Part shown: piece after piece, positions 38,401-47,399 of the stretch | Position numbering within the stretch: position 1 is the first letter of the stretch | Layout of the letters: each line of letters begins with the position of its first letter | From: a virus | Taxonomy: Duplodnaviria > Caudoviricetes | Virus record (IMG/VR): IMGVR_UViG_3300044551_000092 | Location: 96,001-160,000 of that record | DNA: 64,000 nucleotides | Strand: one strand, 5' to 3' | Notes under the pieces: generated by a model | Seen by the model: only the letters and a program-made list of their open reading frames with translations | What the model was told of the DNA's origin: nothing | Databases searched by the model: none | Translations under genes and position numbers: made by a program

Positions 38401-41291
38401 TCAAATGCGATATTCGCTACCCGTCGGTAGCACAAATTGACCTTAATAACTTTTTCGCCAATTGGAAAAATTACAATGAACTGAAAAACGGAGAAGGGCA
38501 GGAGGCCGATCCGAATAGCCCAAATGAGGGAGACTGGCATGGGCCCCCCGAAGCCGGCTATCCTAAAATCACAAACATCATCAACCAGAATGGCTTATCT
38601 GGCTGGTATAACCCGGCACATGCATCTCTCAAAGATTACACCTATCATTTTAAAGTGCAGGAGAAGTCTGGCTGGGATAATGACATGTATGGTGCCATGT
38701 TCCGCTTCGATCCAAAGACGTTAAATTTCTATTCGTTTGAGTGGGACGGCGGCGGCTACACGGCCGAGGGACATAACGGAATGAATATTATCCGCAATAT
38801 TTGTTTGGATCCGGAGAACTACGGAAAGCATTCACTGCATTATTCTAAAAAACAAATCGGCCATAACGACTTAAAATGGGTGCCGCTCAGCGAAGACATC
38901 CACGACGTATCAATAACCGTGCAGGGGCAGCAGATTCAGGTATATACCGATGGCGAAAAACGGATTGACGTGATTGATGACGATCCAGAGGCGCTTCTGT
39001 ATGGCGCATTTGGACCGCTCACCCTGTCGAACCCGGACACCTATTTCTGGGACTTGTCGCTTGAAACTTATGAAACAGCGACGATGACGCAGCACTTTGA
39101 AAATCAGCTGCCGATGCCGTTTGATGCTAACCTACATCCCGTTGAACAGCAAATCGTGACTGGTCTATTTGGCTACTTCCAGAGTTTCATTTCTAACTAT
39201 ACGAATGACTTGAGTGACGTGTCGCTTCTTTACACGATTCAAAATGACAAGAGCGACGTTTCGGTATATTTTAACAGGACCGGCAAGACAATGTCGTCAA
39301 ATCAGGATGATATTCCTTGTGGGACTGTGACGAACGCAGACGGCGGCAGTTCATCGACCTATACGGTCTATGGCGAGATCAAGGCGGAAACGCCTTATCC
39401 GTGGTCACCGATGCTGCATAACGGCTATTATTATTTTAACGAGAAAGAAAACTTTTTATTTGCAAACCCAATTGTTGAACAACACAATACTGTTCATATC
39501 ATTAATGTTTTAATTCTTTATCCTGCCGCTCTGCATGGCGACCCAGAAGGGAAAACAAATATTCAGCACGCTATTGAAAACTATGGAAACTTCAGTCAAT
39601 ATGAAAAGATTCATGCGGTCCAGGATGTCTATGAAAATTATAATAAATACAATGCCGATCACTTTGATGTATTAACTTTCTGTCCGGCTGACTGTAATGC
39701 AAGACAGGATATTACAGATGATATGATGAACTGGATCCGTGATTTCTACCACAAAGATAAGATTATTATTTTTACACACGACACGGCGACAATGTCTCAG
39801 GGGACGGGACTTTCAGGCAGATTTGGAACGTTGTTTCAAGAGATGGGTTTTACGCTTAATCCGCGAGAATATACCCGTGCTACAACTATTCGAAAAACTG
39901 TTCATGAAGAATGGATGGACTATCCGTATAAGCTGCCAGATGTCATGACAGTCACACATACGCATTGGAACTGGATTGATGGAGGAAAAGGATTATTTTC
40001 ATTCGGAAATAACGACAATGAATTCTGGTTGCGTAACATCGGAAACGTTTACTATTCCGAGTCGGGAGACGGGACTTATGATTGTAACGGCGAATACATC
40101 CAACCATTAAGTGAAGATGAGCAAAAAATTTGGGTTAACTTAATCATGAAAGTGGCCAAATGGCGGCACTATGATGAATTTGACCCACGAGAACCCATCT
40201 TAATGTCACGGCCAAAACAGGGTGCCCCAACAATTGTCAGAGCCAATGATGTTTTACTTCGGAAAACGAATTTTTATGATGGAGCAATGAAGCGAACTTT
40301 AGAAAAAACGGAGCGCTTCCACGGAAATGGACGTTCAAAATATTACTTACTGTATCAAGGCATAGACGGAGAGACATTAAAAGTCTTTGTAAATGATGAA
40401 AGCATTGAGGATTATATTTTTGATGCCGATCAGTCCAGCATTCAATTCATGCAGCAGTATAACGACCAAGATGTCATTGTCGTTAGTTATCATCTTCAGA
40501 AAAGTTATACAATCGATGAAAATTTTCAAGTCGGCGATGATGTGGCAAAGGTTATTGTTGATCCAAATATGAGCATCAATCAGTTAAATAACTTAGAAAT
40601 CATTTATGAGGGTACGGATTTAACTCCATTTTACCGAGCTAGTGAAGTAACTTTAAATCCAATTCTTACTCATAATCATAGTGGCTTTTTACGGTTGACT
40701 GAAAAGACAGATCAGAAGCCATCGCAATTAACCGTCATAGCCTCTCCAGATCATGCGGTTCCAGGAGATCAAATTATCATTACAGTGAGAGTTGAAGACC
40801 AAGACGGCAATCCCGTTGAAAAAGTCGGTGTAGTCTTAAGAAAAGAAGGAGCCGATTATAAAAACGGCCAAACAAATGAGGCAGGAGAAATCTATTTCTA
40901 TGACCAAATTGGTGCGGCACAAACAGTGACCTACCGAGCAATCTGTGATACTTTGCAACGAGATGTTTTAGTTTATGTTGCAAGCCAATCGACTTCGAAT
41001 CAGAATTTTATTGAGTTAAAAACATCACAGCCATCGTTATCAATTAAGCGTAAAGAGGAAGCTACAATATACTTAACGGTAAGAAATTCGGACTGGTCAG
41101 TTATGGCCAATCAATCTGTTTCAATATCTTATCTAAATAAACAGTTGACAGTATTAACCAATAAATATGGACAAGCAGCGATTACGTTAAACAGCGACGG
41201 ACAAAAAGCACAACTTGTTCCAATCAAAGTTCAAGCCACAATAGAAGGAATAAAAATTGTAAATGAAATCATTATTCAACTGGTTGATTAA
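35400..41291 (+). CDS. Giant multidomain virion/fibre protein (two TSP_C-like lectin modules, alpha/beta insert, C-terminal Ig-like domains)
   Basis: DGDILGFVFK...NFYLFLWE and DNDMYGAMFR...NFYSFEW; Big_1-like IIITVRVEDQDGNPV. Start ATG 35400 (SD GGGAGG; track start 35382). Confidence 0.6.
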   Translation: MADGVMNPDQFPDSELPNRNIKQNTDDHIVWKTDEEKQKVMSPGVIDAPYLQGKTQNRPIKAIKSGVGDQDDLLVKKPEKETLSKDFKISARLEGEQQHSINHFPGIDFQYGIHYKGQYYEDDNSQHYKHRVDAYPKKVLKAEITQTDKHPVTRPWVVGVDINGHVRKTTLHYAVEWSGLYQEEEVQGAADLFTYQNGNFIGPGPKTNSWHKEGGSVQNYDNRSHMQGVVAKEFYDWDSYECEYEFQPIRSLKYRPDTAATVPYNGRWYRLPGADGDILGFVFKAKPDNKNFYLFLWEAQDRVMSSWRAKSFNGYNCLTGGVSDYTLDKAEQVYRRYMSSSNQAALGIYTGLSLSTGSNSDITSSQWSKWTRWCNSAGWGKRHYKIYKVTNGVMHEVHVTPRGNNNGWKQNWIDGSGYFPMDYLNSVKIHVEGRRVQIYTKSYKSGHYNSVGFQKAFDFNVASGYEQGSTGIVTFSQSVKMTKIRVSRWLPMNGRVPSSGYSAWSGIGSKKISSSGSSYVDSSARSMARQKSGQSDPEYEVKKVTGLVENKEYGSISASVNRPVVLTSTNPKDAGGIRTITPTRSGTAYITPDHFNQETWLMVIKDIPSLFKETINSFLANNPEIDRIASVVPRVIKPNHKDDDDWDFVNGALYMWNSAPPITQKTKDYAVTVYAYEGLKRVANLWDDFQDSKWATYVLRIIDNPDDPTGFNPDFDKLYIKDKKLYAQTKEWYLGTYDADISDVGTVTNQANVEIDIPPMPEHFISPSTGEEMYHGYTDVDFLLNQLEPTIVKDVWMWFKSNLSRTTKNTQSPLNVLNGKPIIKTNLINDKVVVHCEPRPHYIPWESGKYIGYGKVNGKRPFFSAAHGKADLANVPTNVVYIAPGVNRLSDPIIDVSDDRVKFKINPDKTVTFYSDYEAPYVWKTQWHSQWKDLPLVYTIRSDEQWIRQVSIDFSQEDLGNYDTGSIQVERIHVVPSNPFVNLWAEKAFDNQKKINYNFDVKCDIRYPSVAQIDLNNFFANWKNYNELKNGEGQEADPNSPNEGDWHGPPEAGYPKITNIINQNGLSGWYNPAHASLKDYTYHFKVQEKSGWDNDMYGAMFRFDPKTLNFYSFEWDGGGYTAEGHNGMNIIRNICLDPENYGKHSLHYSKKQIGHNDLKWVPLSEDIHDVSITVQGQQIQVYTDGEKRIDVIDDDPEALLYGAFGPLTLSNPDTYFWDLSLETYETATMTQHFENQLPMPFDANLHPVEQQIVTGLFGYFQSFISNYTNDLSDVSLLYTIQNDKSDVSVYFNRTGKTMSSNQDDIPCGTVTNADGGSSSTYTVYGEIKAETPYPWSPMLHNGYYYFNEKENFLFANPIVEQHNTVHIINVLILYPAALHGDPEGKTNIQHAIENYGNFSQYEKIHAVQDVYENYNKYNADHFDVLTFCPADCNARQDITDDMMNWIRDFYHKDKIIIFTHDTATMSQGTGLSGRFGTLFQEMGFTLNPREYTRATTIRKTVHEEWMDYPYKLPDVMTVTHTHWNWIDGGKGLFSFGNNDNEFWLRNIGNVYYSESGDGTYDCNGEYIQPLSEDEQKIWVNLIMKVAKWRHYDEFDPREPILMSRPKQGAPTIVRANDVLLRKTNFYDGAMKRTLEKTERFHGNGRSKYYLLYQGIDGETLKVFVNDESIEDYIFDADQSSIQFMQQYNDQDVIVVSYHLQKSYTIDENFQVGDDVAKVIVDPNMSINQLNNLEIIYEGTDLTPFYRASEVTLNPILTHNHSGFLRLTEKTDQKPSQLTVIASPDHAVPGDQIIITVRVEDQDGNPVEKVGVVLRKEGADYKNGQTNEAGEIYFYDQIGAAQTVTYRAICDTLQRDVLVYVASQSTSNQNFIELKTSQPSLSIKRKEEATIYLTVRNSDWSVMANQSVSISYLNKQLTVLTNKYGQAAITLNSDGQKAQLVPIKVQATIEGIKIVNEIIIQLVD

Positions 41292-41305
41292 AAGGAGAAA
41301 GCACT

Positions 41306-44300
41306 ATGCCTGAGGACTTGACAGAATACAAAAAGCTACTCTCCAACGGGACAAAAACAATGCGTATTGGCCAAACCGTTCCAGAAGGAGACGTTAATAC
41401 CAGTTACATTCATACGCCAGAAGTATCTCCAGATCAAAATTTATCATTAGTGCGATATACGTCTAAAACAGATAATATGATTCCTCTGGAACAGCAAAAG
41501 AATCTTGCCGTGCCTGATCAAAATGGTCGATTGAACTATGTAAACCTAAGTGAAGATAATGCACCGATTACATTAAAAGCGCCTTACGAGGCTTTCCCGG
41601 ACAAAGACCCGATTGTTACCCGTCACTTCAAAAATGATCATTTTAGTTTGTCATCGGCGCTATACTATTTATTTGAAATAAAATATCACTTAGATAGCAA
41701 ATCCGGAGATCCCAATCGTATTGTTAAGTACACTGGCAACCAGATTCAGATCACTGATGAAAATGGTAATGCTTTAGACGACAACTATGCCTATGAAATT
41801 TATGTTAAAGCAATGGCAGATAATCCCTATATTTATTGGGTGAAGATCTATCTTGGCTTCAATACCGATGAAGAACACACTTATAAAATTCGATATAACC
41901 ATATCGATCATGTAGTGGATCCGGCACATATGCAAAATGCTGACCATAAAACGATTGAACTTTACACGAACAGCAATAATCAAATCGTAATCTCCTCTGT
42001 AACAAAGCAACTGGTGGAGAGTGGGAAACTGCGCATCGTCAATGGCTTAAGTGCTTCAAAAAAAGTTGATCAATTATCCGATTATAATGCGGACGACGAG
42101 GTTTATCAGGCTGTATTGAATGAAAAGCATGATGGTTATCATGTGAATGTGACCCAAAAGGCTGAGGCAGATCCCAGAGAACACACACAATTTAATTATA
42201 AAATCATTGCTCACTTTTGGAATGGGGATCGAAGTAAAGAACAAAAAGTCACAACAGGTTTTATTGAAGATTGGGTAATGGACCCCTCTGCATTACTTGC
42301 TTACGAAAAAAACGAATATCAGGGAAGTTATAAACTGCTTTCGATTCCAATAAATGATCAGCCACTTACGGTGAATCAATTAATTCATAAATCATTGCCC
42401 TTCACAACTGAAGATGTGGCGAATGATGCGGTTTATGAAATTTACGATGCACAGGATCGACTGCTCTATTCAACGTTAAATTCGCCTGATAATAAAAATG
42501 TTGAGACATCCATCCCAGATGCTTTGGGGAAAGTTGCTGCAGCAAAAGCGGCAGAAAAGAAAGCCGCTTGGATTAATGCGATGCATTCAAATATTCGTTT
42601 AATCACCCAGCCATTTAAACACGGCTGTACACTTTGGGGCGAAAAAACGAAGACTCACTGGGCTTTTGAATGGAAGGCAACGGGCCAGGGTGAAAAACAC
42701 ATGCTGCAAGTTTTCAGCACATCATTTTCTGTAAAAGCTGATGTGACGGTTCATAAGTCTAGTGGCGACACCAAAACCACGGTTGAGTCTGATAAATTTA
42801 TTATTACGTTAACCGATCACATTCAGCGGCGGATACATGATGATGAAGTAGACACAATTATGAAACCCTATATCGATAAAGCTGCCGGCGGATCCAGCTG
42901 GTCTGTAAACCGCTATTCGGTTGAATCTGACAGTAATAAATTGATAACTTATATTGACGAGATTGACGAAGGCCATATCTGGGGAAAAACGACCGATCCC
43001 TTAGCTGGTGAAATTCAAAAAATCCCCTGGAGTACATCTGATAACGCTCTTGATGTTGAAGGAGTCGGATCGGTTATTTTTCACGAAGACGGTGATTATA
43101 CTGTTTATTTTGGCCCCCTTGTTTTACCAACAAATCTTGTCCCCGACGATGTTTTTAACTTTCACTGGAACAAGCCCATTATCACATCGGGAGATCAGGT
43201 AGATATTTATCTAAAAGAAGACGGAGAGACGCTAACGCTAACAATGCCGACGCCAACAATCACTCAGCTGTCAAATCATATAGAAATTAATCAGGACTCT
43301 CTGTTGAAACGCGAAGGTATTAAACCAATGACTGGAAATATCTTTGCTGATGGCGATCTTTATGACAAATTAGGAATTAAAAATACTGATCCACTTGATA
43401 TAGCACTGCGATTGGAACGGGGGAATTCGACAAAAGAACCTAGCTTTCAAATCAACTATCGTTTCGAAGTCAATAAAGGTGAGGAAGTCCGTTATCCCGT
43501 TGATCAGTTTCAGAATCAACTTGGGGCCAACCGATTGCGGTTATCTCAATTTCTCAGCTCATTTAATAGAGTTGACTTTGCAATTGACTACAATGTTTTG
43601 TGGCCAAAAACAAAAACAACAGAAATGAAAGACTTGTTTGCACGAAATGCACCAGGTGCCGTTATGATTGAAGAGAATGAAGGGGATGCAACTTGGCAAA
43701 TCGTCAATGGGGTACTGAAAGACGATGACAACACGCAAAAATTCATTGCTTCATATAATACCCAATTTGATCATACCAGCTCCCACCTAACGGATTTCAC
43801 TTTTACGCCTAGAGGGCAAGACGACGATCTGGTAGGAGTGCTTTTCCGGGTCCAAGATACCAAAAATTTTTATATGCTAGTCATGGAATGTGATACGCCT
43901 CAAAATACTTCCGGATCCTATCGCGTAGAAAGTACACAACCGGAAAGCGTCTTTGAGTGGGATAAATATCCACGAAAATCTGCGCCAACCTATAATGAAT
44001 ATAACTATTATCGAGGATGGAAAACCTATCATCATCGTATTTACCAAGTCAAAAACGGAAATAAAATTCTGATCAAAGAATATTCGACTACAGACAATCG
44101 GGGCTATCTAAAAGAACAAACTAATAATATCCGTATTATTGCAAACGGAAAACAAACAGATATTTATTTCCAATATGGTTTCCCAGATCATGAGGATTCA
44201 GATACACAAAATTGGATGCATCTGTATACCATTAATACGGAATGGGACAACGGTTCTTTTGGTATATGCAACTATTCTATGCGTGTTGAATTTAATAGGA

Positions 44301-46294
44301 TATCGACCATTCTTTATGATCAGTTAACCGGCCGCATTGATAACCTGTCCGGGACTGGGAATCCGATGAGTCAAGTTGCTATCAGTACTCGCCAATTCTG
44401 TGATCGATATATCCGGAATCAAGTTGATACGAAAAAATATAATGTGAACGGAAAATATATTCCCGTCAAATATATTGGTGTTGTCAAAAACTCATCGAAG
44501 GGTAAAGTGTTTGTTTCTGGCACGGGAAATGGACCAATTCTTGTATTCTCAAACAGTACTTTTGACCGAAGTCGAGTAAATTGTAAAGTTGTGGCCTGGA
44601 CAATGGATGAGAATCTTGAAGCCACACCGATCTATGCCGTAAAATATGATCACGCGCGTAAAATTGACATTGATATGCCTCAAGTCCCGAGTACCGAAGT
44701 TCAGCTTCGTCAATGGTTTATGCGTATTCGCGAAGGCCATTTTCAAACAAGAATTAATCTGCCTTATTATGAAGAAAAAGAGAAAACTCCAGCAATTTAC
44801 ACGGCTTACCCTGACCTTGTTGCATATAAACCATCAGCAATTGATCAGCCCGTTTCTGTCCTGTGCGAATATGGCGTGCCAGATTATGACCGACAGGCAT
44901 TTTTTGCTAAACCTTATCAACTGATTCAAAAAGAAAAAGCGTTGATTTTAAATGAGCAGGCTATCCAGACCTGTCATCATCCGATTGTCCTGAAATCAGT
45001 TGCCGGCATTTCTTACCTTGAAGTTGAGGCGGTACGGCGAAATCATGCTCATCTAATCAGCATCAAAGATATTGATGCTCAAAAAGGAATTATCTACTTA
45101 AACGATCATCTTCATTCGCAAGATGAAGTCTACGTTCGTTATGCTTATTATGAAAATCACTTAATTTACAAGGGGTTTCAAAAATCAGGCAAATATTTTT
45201 ATTTAGATATGAACCCCAGTCAAGGTCATCGTGTGACGGTAAGCACTGAAGGCAACCGTAGTCTAATTCCAATGGATCTTGAAATCAACGATCACACTTC
45301 AATCAACGAAACGGAATCAAATGAGCTATTAGTCCGGCCAATTTCGATATATCTTAGGCCAATCAACATCTATACGGAGGACTATCATGTGATCCATCAT
45401 GAAACGCGCAACATCATTGCCCATACCGATCAGGAGGAAGTTTTCGAATCAGACAGTTATGACTATGATCCTGCGCTTTTCCAATTGGGAAAGATCTATG
45501 CGCAGGCAAACAGTGAGTTGAAAAAAGACATGGTCATCCTGGATACTCGGACAAGAGGCGGTGGGCTGGATGAGATGCTGAGTCGTGATCTTATAAAACA
45601 AATCAATAAAGAATCTCTATATCACTGGGATATTGGCTTTTTTGATGGTGAAGCTTTTCAAGAGAATGGGATCTTTACTTTACACCTTCCTAGCACTATC
45701 CTAGACCATTATACGGAAGCGGAAGTCCAACGCCTGGTGGGTAAATATAAAGCCTTAGGAACTCTGCCTATTATCGAATATTTTAACCCGAATGAATTGA
45801 AAATCGAGCGGTTTAATTTACTGCAGCATTATGATTTCAGTAAAGATGACAAGCTATCGTATCATCAAAAGAAATTAGACTCCGGTTCCTTCTCGCTTTA
45901 TAATACGCGCGGGACAAGGGCCATGCGTTTTATCGACCATGCGCAGTATGGTCTATCTCTCCCGGGTTATCTGTTCGCCGACAAGCCTTCTATTACTTTA
46001 AGTATCACTGGATGTATTCAGGAGGATTCCACACCGCGCCATGCGGCAGAGATGACAGTTTATTATACTGATGGTACTTCTCAATCATTTACCGGTCCTA
46101 TTATTAAAGATGCTGCTTTTACAACATATACTGCTCAATTTATGATTCAAAAAGAGCAAAAAACTATTAGAAAAGTATTACTTTATCTAAATGATCGTGA
46201 TAGTAAAGTCGAAGGGTATGGATATATTCTAAAAGTTTTACTAAAAGGTGAAACACCAGTTGATTCGGAATCCACTGAAATACACGCTATATGA
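41306..46294 (+). CDS. Giant multidomain virion/baseplate-associated protein with TSP_C-like module
   Basis: 1662 aa; DDDLVGVLFRVQDTKNFYMLVME; beta-rich; SD AAGGAG. Confidence 0.55.
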   Translation: MPEDLTEYKKLLSNGTKTMRIGQTVPEGDVNTSYIHTPEVSPDQNLSLVRYTSKTDNMIPLEQQKNLAVPDQNGRLNYVNLSEDNAPITLKAPYEAFPDKDPIVTRHFKNDHFSLSSALYYLFEIKYHLDSKSGDPNRIVKYTGNQIQITDENGNALDDNYAYEIYVKAMADNPYIYWVKIYLGFNTDEEHTYKIRYNHIDHVVDPAHMQNADHKTIELYTNSNNQIVISSVTKQLVESGKLRIVNGLSASKKVDQLSDYNADDEVYQAVLNEKHDGYHVNVTQKAEADPREHTQFNYKIIAHFWNGDRSKEQKVTTGFIEDWVMDPSALLAYEKNEYQGSYKLLSIPINDQPLTVNQLIHKSLPFTTEDVANDAVYEIYDAQDRLLYSTLNSPDNKNVETSIPDALGKVAAAKAAEKKAAWINAMHSNIRLITQPFKHGCTLWGEKTKTHWAFEWKATGQGEKHMLQVFSTSFSVKADVTVHKSSGDTKTTVESDKFIITLTDHIQRRIHDDEVDTIMKPYIDKAAGGSSWSVNRYSVESDSNKLITYIDEIDEGHIWGKTTDPLAGEIQKIPWSTSDNALDVEGVGSVIFHEDGDYTVYFGPLVLPTNLVPDDVFNFHWNKPIITSGDQVDIYLKEDGETLTLTMPTPTITQLSNHIEINQDSLLKREGIKPMTGNIFADGDLYDKLGIKNTDPLDIALRLERGNSTKEPSFQINYRFEVNKGEEVRYPVDQFQNQLGANRLRLSQFLSSFNRVDFAIDYNVLWPKTKTTEMKDLFARNAPGAVMIEENEGDATWQIVNGVLKDDDNTQKFIASYNTQFDHTSSHLTDFTFTPRGQDDDLVGVLFRVQDTKNFYMLVMECDTPQNTSGSYRVESTQPESVFEWDKYPRKSAPTYNEYNYYRGWKTYHHRIYQVKNGNKILIKEYSTTDNRGYLKEQTNNIRIIANGKQTDIYFQYGFPDHEDSDTQNWMHLYTINTEWDNGSFGICNYSMRVEFNRISTILYDQLTGRIDNLSGTGNPMSQVAISTRQFCDRYIRNQVDTKKYNVNGKYIPVKYIGVVKNSSKGKVFVSGTGNGPILVFSNSTFDRSRVNCKVVAWTMDENLEATPIYAVKYDHARKIDIDMPQVPSTEVQLRQWFMRIREGHFQTRINLPYYEEKEKTPAIYTAYPDLVAYKPSAIDQPVSVLCEYGVPDYDRQAFFAKPYQLIQKEKALILNEQAIQTCHHPIVLKSVAGISYLEVEAVRRNHAHLISIKDIDAQKGIIYLNDHLHSQDEVYVRYAYYENHLIYKGFQKSGKYFYLDMNPSQGHRVTVSTEGNRSLIPMDLEINDHTSINETESNELLVRPISIYLRPINIYTEDYHVIHHETRNIIAHTDQEEVFESDSYDYDPALFQLGKIYAQANSELKKDMVILDTRTRGGGLDEMLSRDLIKQINKESLYHWDIGFFDGEAFQENGIFTLHLPSTILDHYTEAEVQRLVGKYKALGTLPIIEYFNPNELKIERFNLLQHYDFSKDDKLSYHQKKLDSGSFSLYNTRGTRAMRFIDHAQYGLSLPGYLFADKPSITLSITGCIQEDSTPRHAAEMTVYYTDGTSQSFTGPIIKDAAFTTYTAQFMIQKEQKTIRKVLLYLNDRDSKVEGYGYILKVLLKGETPVDSESTEIHAI

Positions 46295-46317
46295 TGATAT
46301 AATGAGGAGGAAGTAAA

Positions 46318-47367
46318 ATGCCAGTATCAGAACAACGAGATGTCATTCCCTTTGTTAATAACTTGGAAAAAGAAATTAATAATCTAAATATATCTGTTTC
46401 AAGTTGGATTCAATCTGAGGATCGGATCAATGCTAAAATAAAAGATGTCGATGCAAATACCTATCGCTCACAAACGGCTGTTGTAAAGGCGGATGAGGCT
46501 ATTTCAGAAGTCAATAATGCAACGGTGGGGATTGTAGCGAACCGTGGTCAGCGCCTTGCTGCACTGCTTCAGCAAATGCGTGAGCAGATCTTAGAGGCAG
46601 CTGCCAATCAAGAGAAAAAGGGCGGCGGTACCGGTGCTTATGATAAACGAATCAATTCAGAGATTGATAACGCAGTAGCTCAAATCAGTCCTTTTGTGAA
46701 GGATGGTCTAAAATTAGATTATCGCTTTAAAAGCTTAGAAAAATTAGCAAATAACGCATTAAAAGAACTGATACTGCCCTATAAAATAACAGCTGAAGCA
46801 AATGGAACAGAATATGATCTACCAGCCATTGAAAATGTAACGCCAATTGAAGGGACGGTTACTATCCTTAATCAAGACCTAATTCCTTTATTTACGAATG
46901 ATCACAGTAATCTAATTGCAGGCGAGCTGAATAGCGATGGCCATATCTTATTCAATAATGAGATCCATCAGACGGTGAACTTGTATTTCCCGGCAAAAAT
47001 TGCATTCAACAATATTCCGAAAGATTTTGTAATGATTACCGTTGAAATGATGCTTGAGAAAAATAGTAAGTTAATGAAAAGCATTCTAACGTTTCAAGAA
47101 ACTTTAGATAAACTCATAAATACGGTGGAACAAATGCAAGGAGCCCATTGGACAGCAGATTTATCCATCGTTAAAAATCATCAGGATATTATCAAAGAAA
47201 AGATTACGCCAAAAAGCTTAGGCGTAGAAGTTAAAGATGGCATAGCTAACGTCAGCTTTGCCTATGAAGATAATGATTTTTTGAGCCATTTTATTTGTGA
47301 GAAATATGATGATGAAGCTAAAACATGGAAACCATATGATGGTGCTGAGGGCATCATTCCAAAGTAA
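46318..47367 (+). CDS. Coiled-coil virion structural protein
   Basis: SD GAGGAGG; heptad-rich N-terminus; within structural cluster. Confidence 0.5.
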   Translation: MPVSEQRDVIPFVNNLEKEINNLNISVSSWIQSEDRINAKIKDVDANTYRSQTAVVKADEAISEVNNATVGIVANRGQRLAALLQQMREQILEAAANQEKKGGGTGAYDKRINSEIDNAVAQISPFVKDGLKLDYRFKSLEKLANNALKELILPYKITAEANGTEYDLPAIENVTPIEGTVTILNQDLIPLFTNDHSNLIAGELNSDGHILFNNEIHQTVNLYFPAKIAFNNIPKDFVMITVEMMLEKNSKLMKSILTFQETLDKLINTVEQMQGAHWTADLSIVKNHQDIIKEKITPKSLGVEVKDGIANVSFAYEDNDFLSHFICEKYDDEAKTWKPYDGAEGIIPK

Positions 47368-47399
47368 AAACATTTGCCCGAAGATTGAGGGGAATTTCA

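Noticed and set aside
46295-46303. Perfect extended -10 (TGATATAAT)
   Set aside because: It abuts the SD of 46318, so a transcript would start inside the SD; no -35; likely coincidental.
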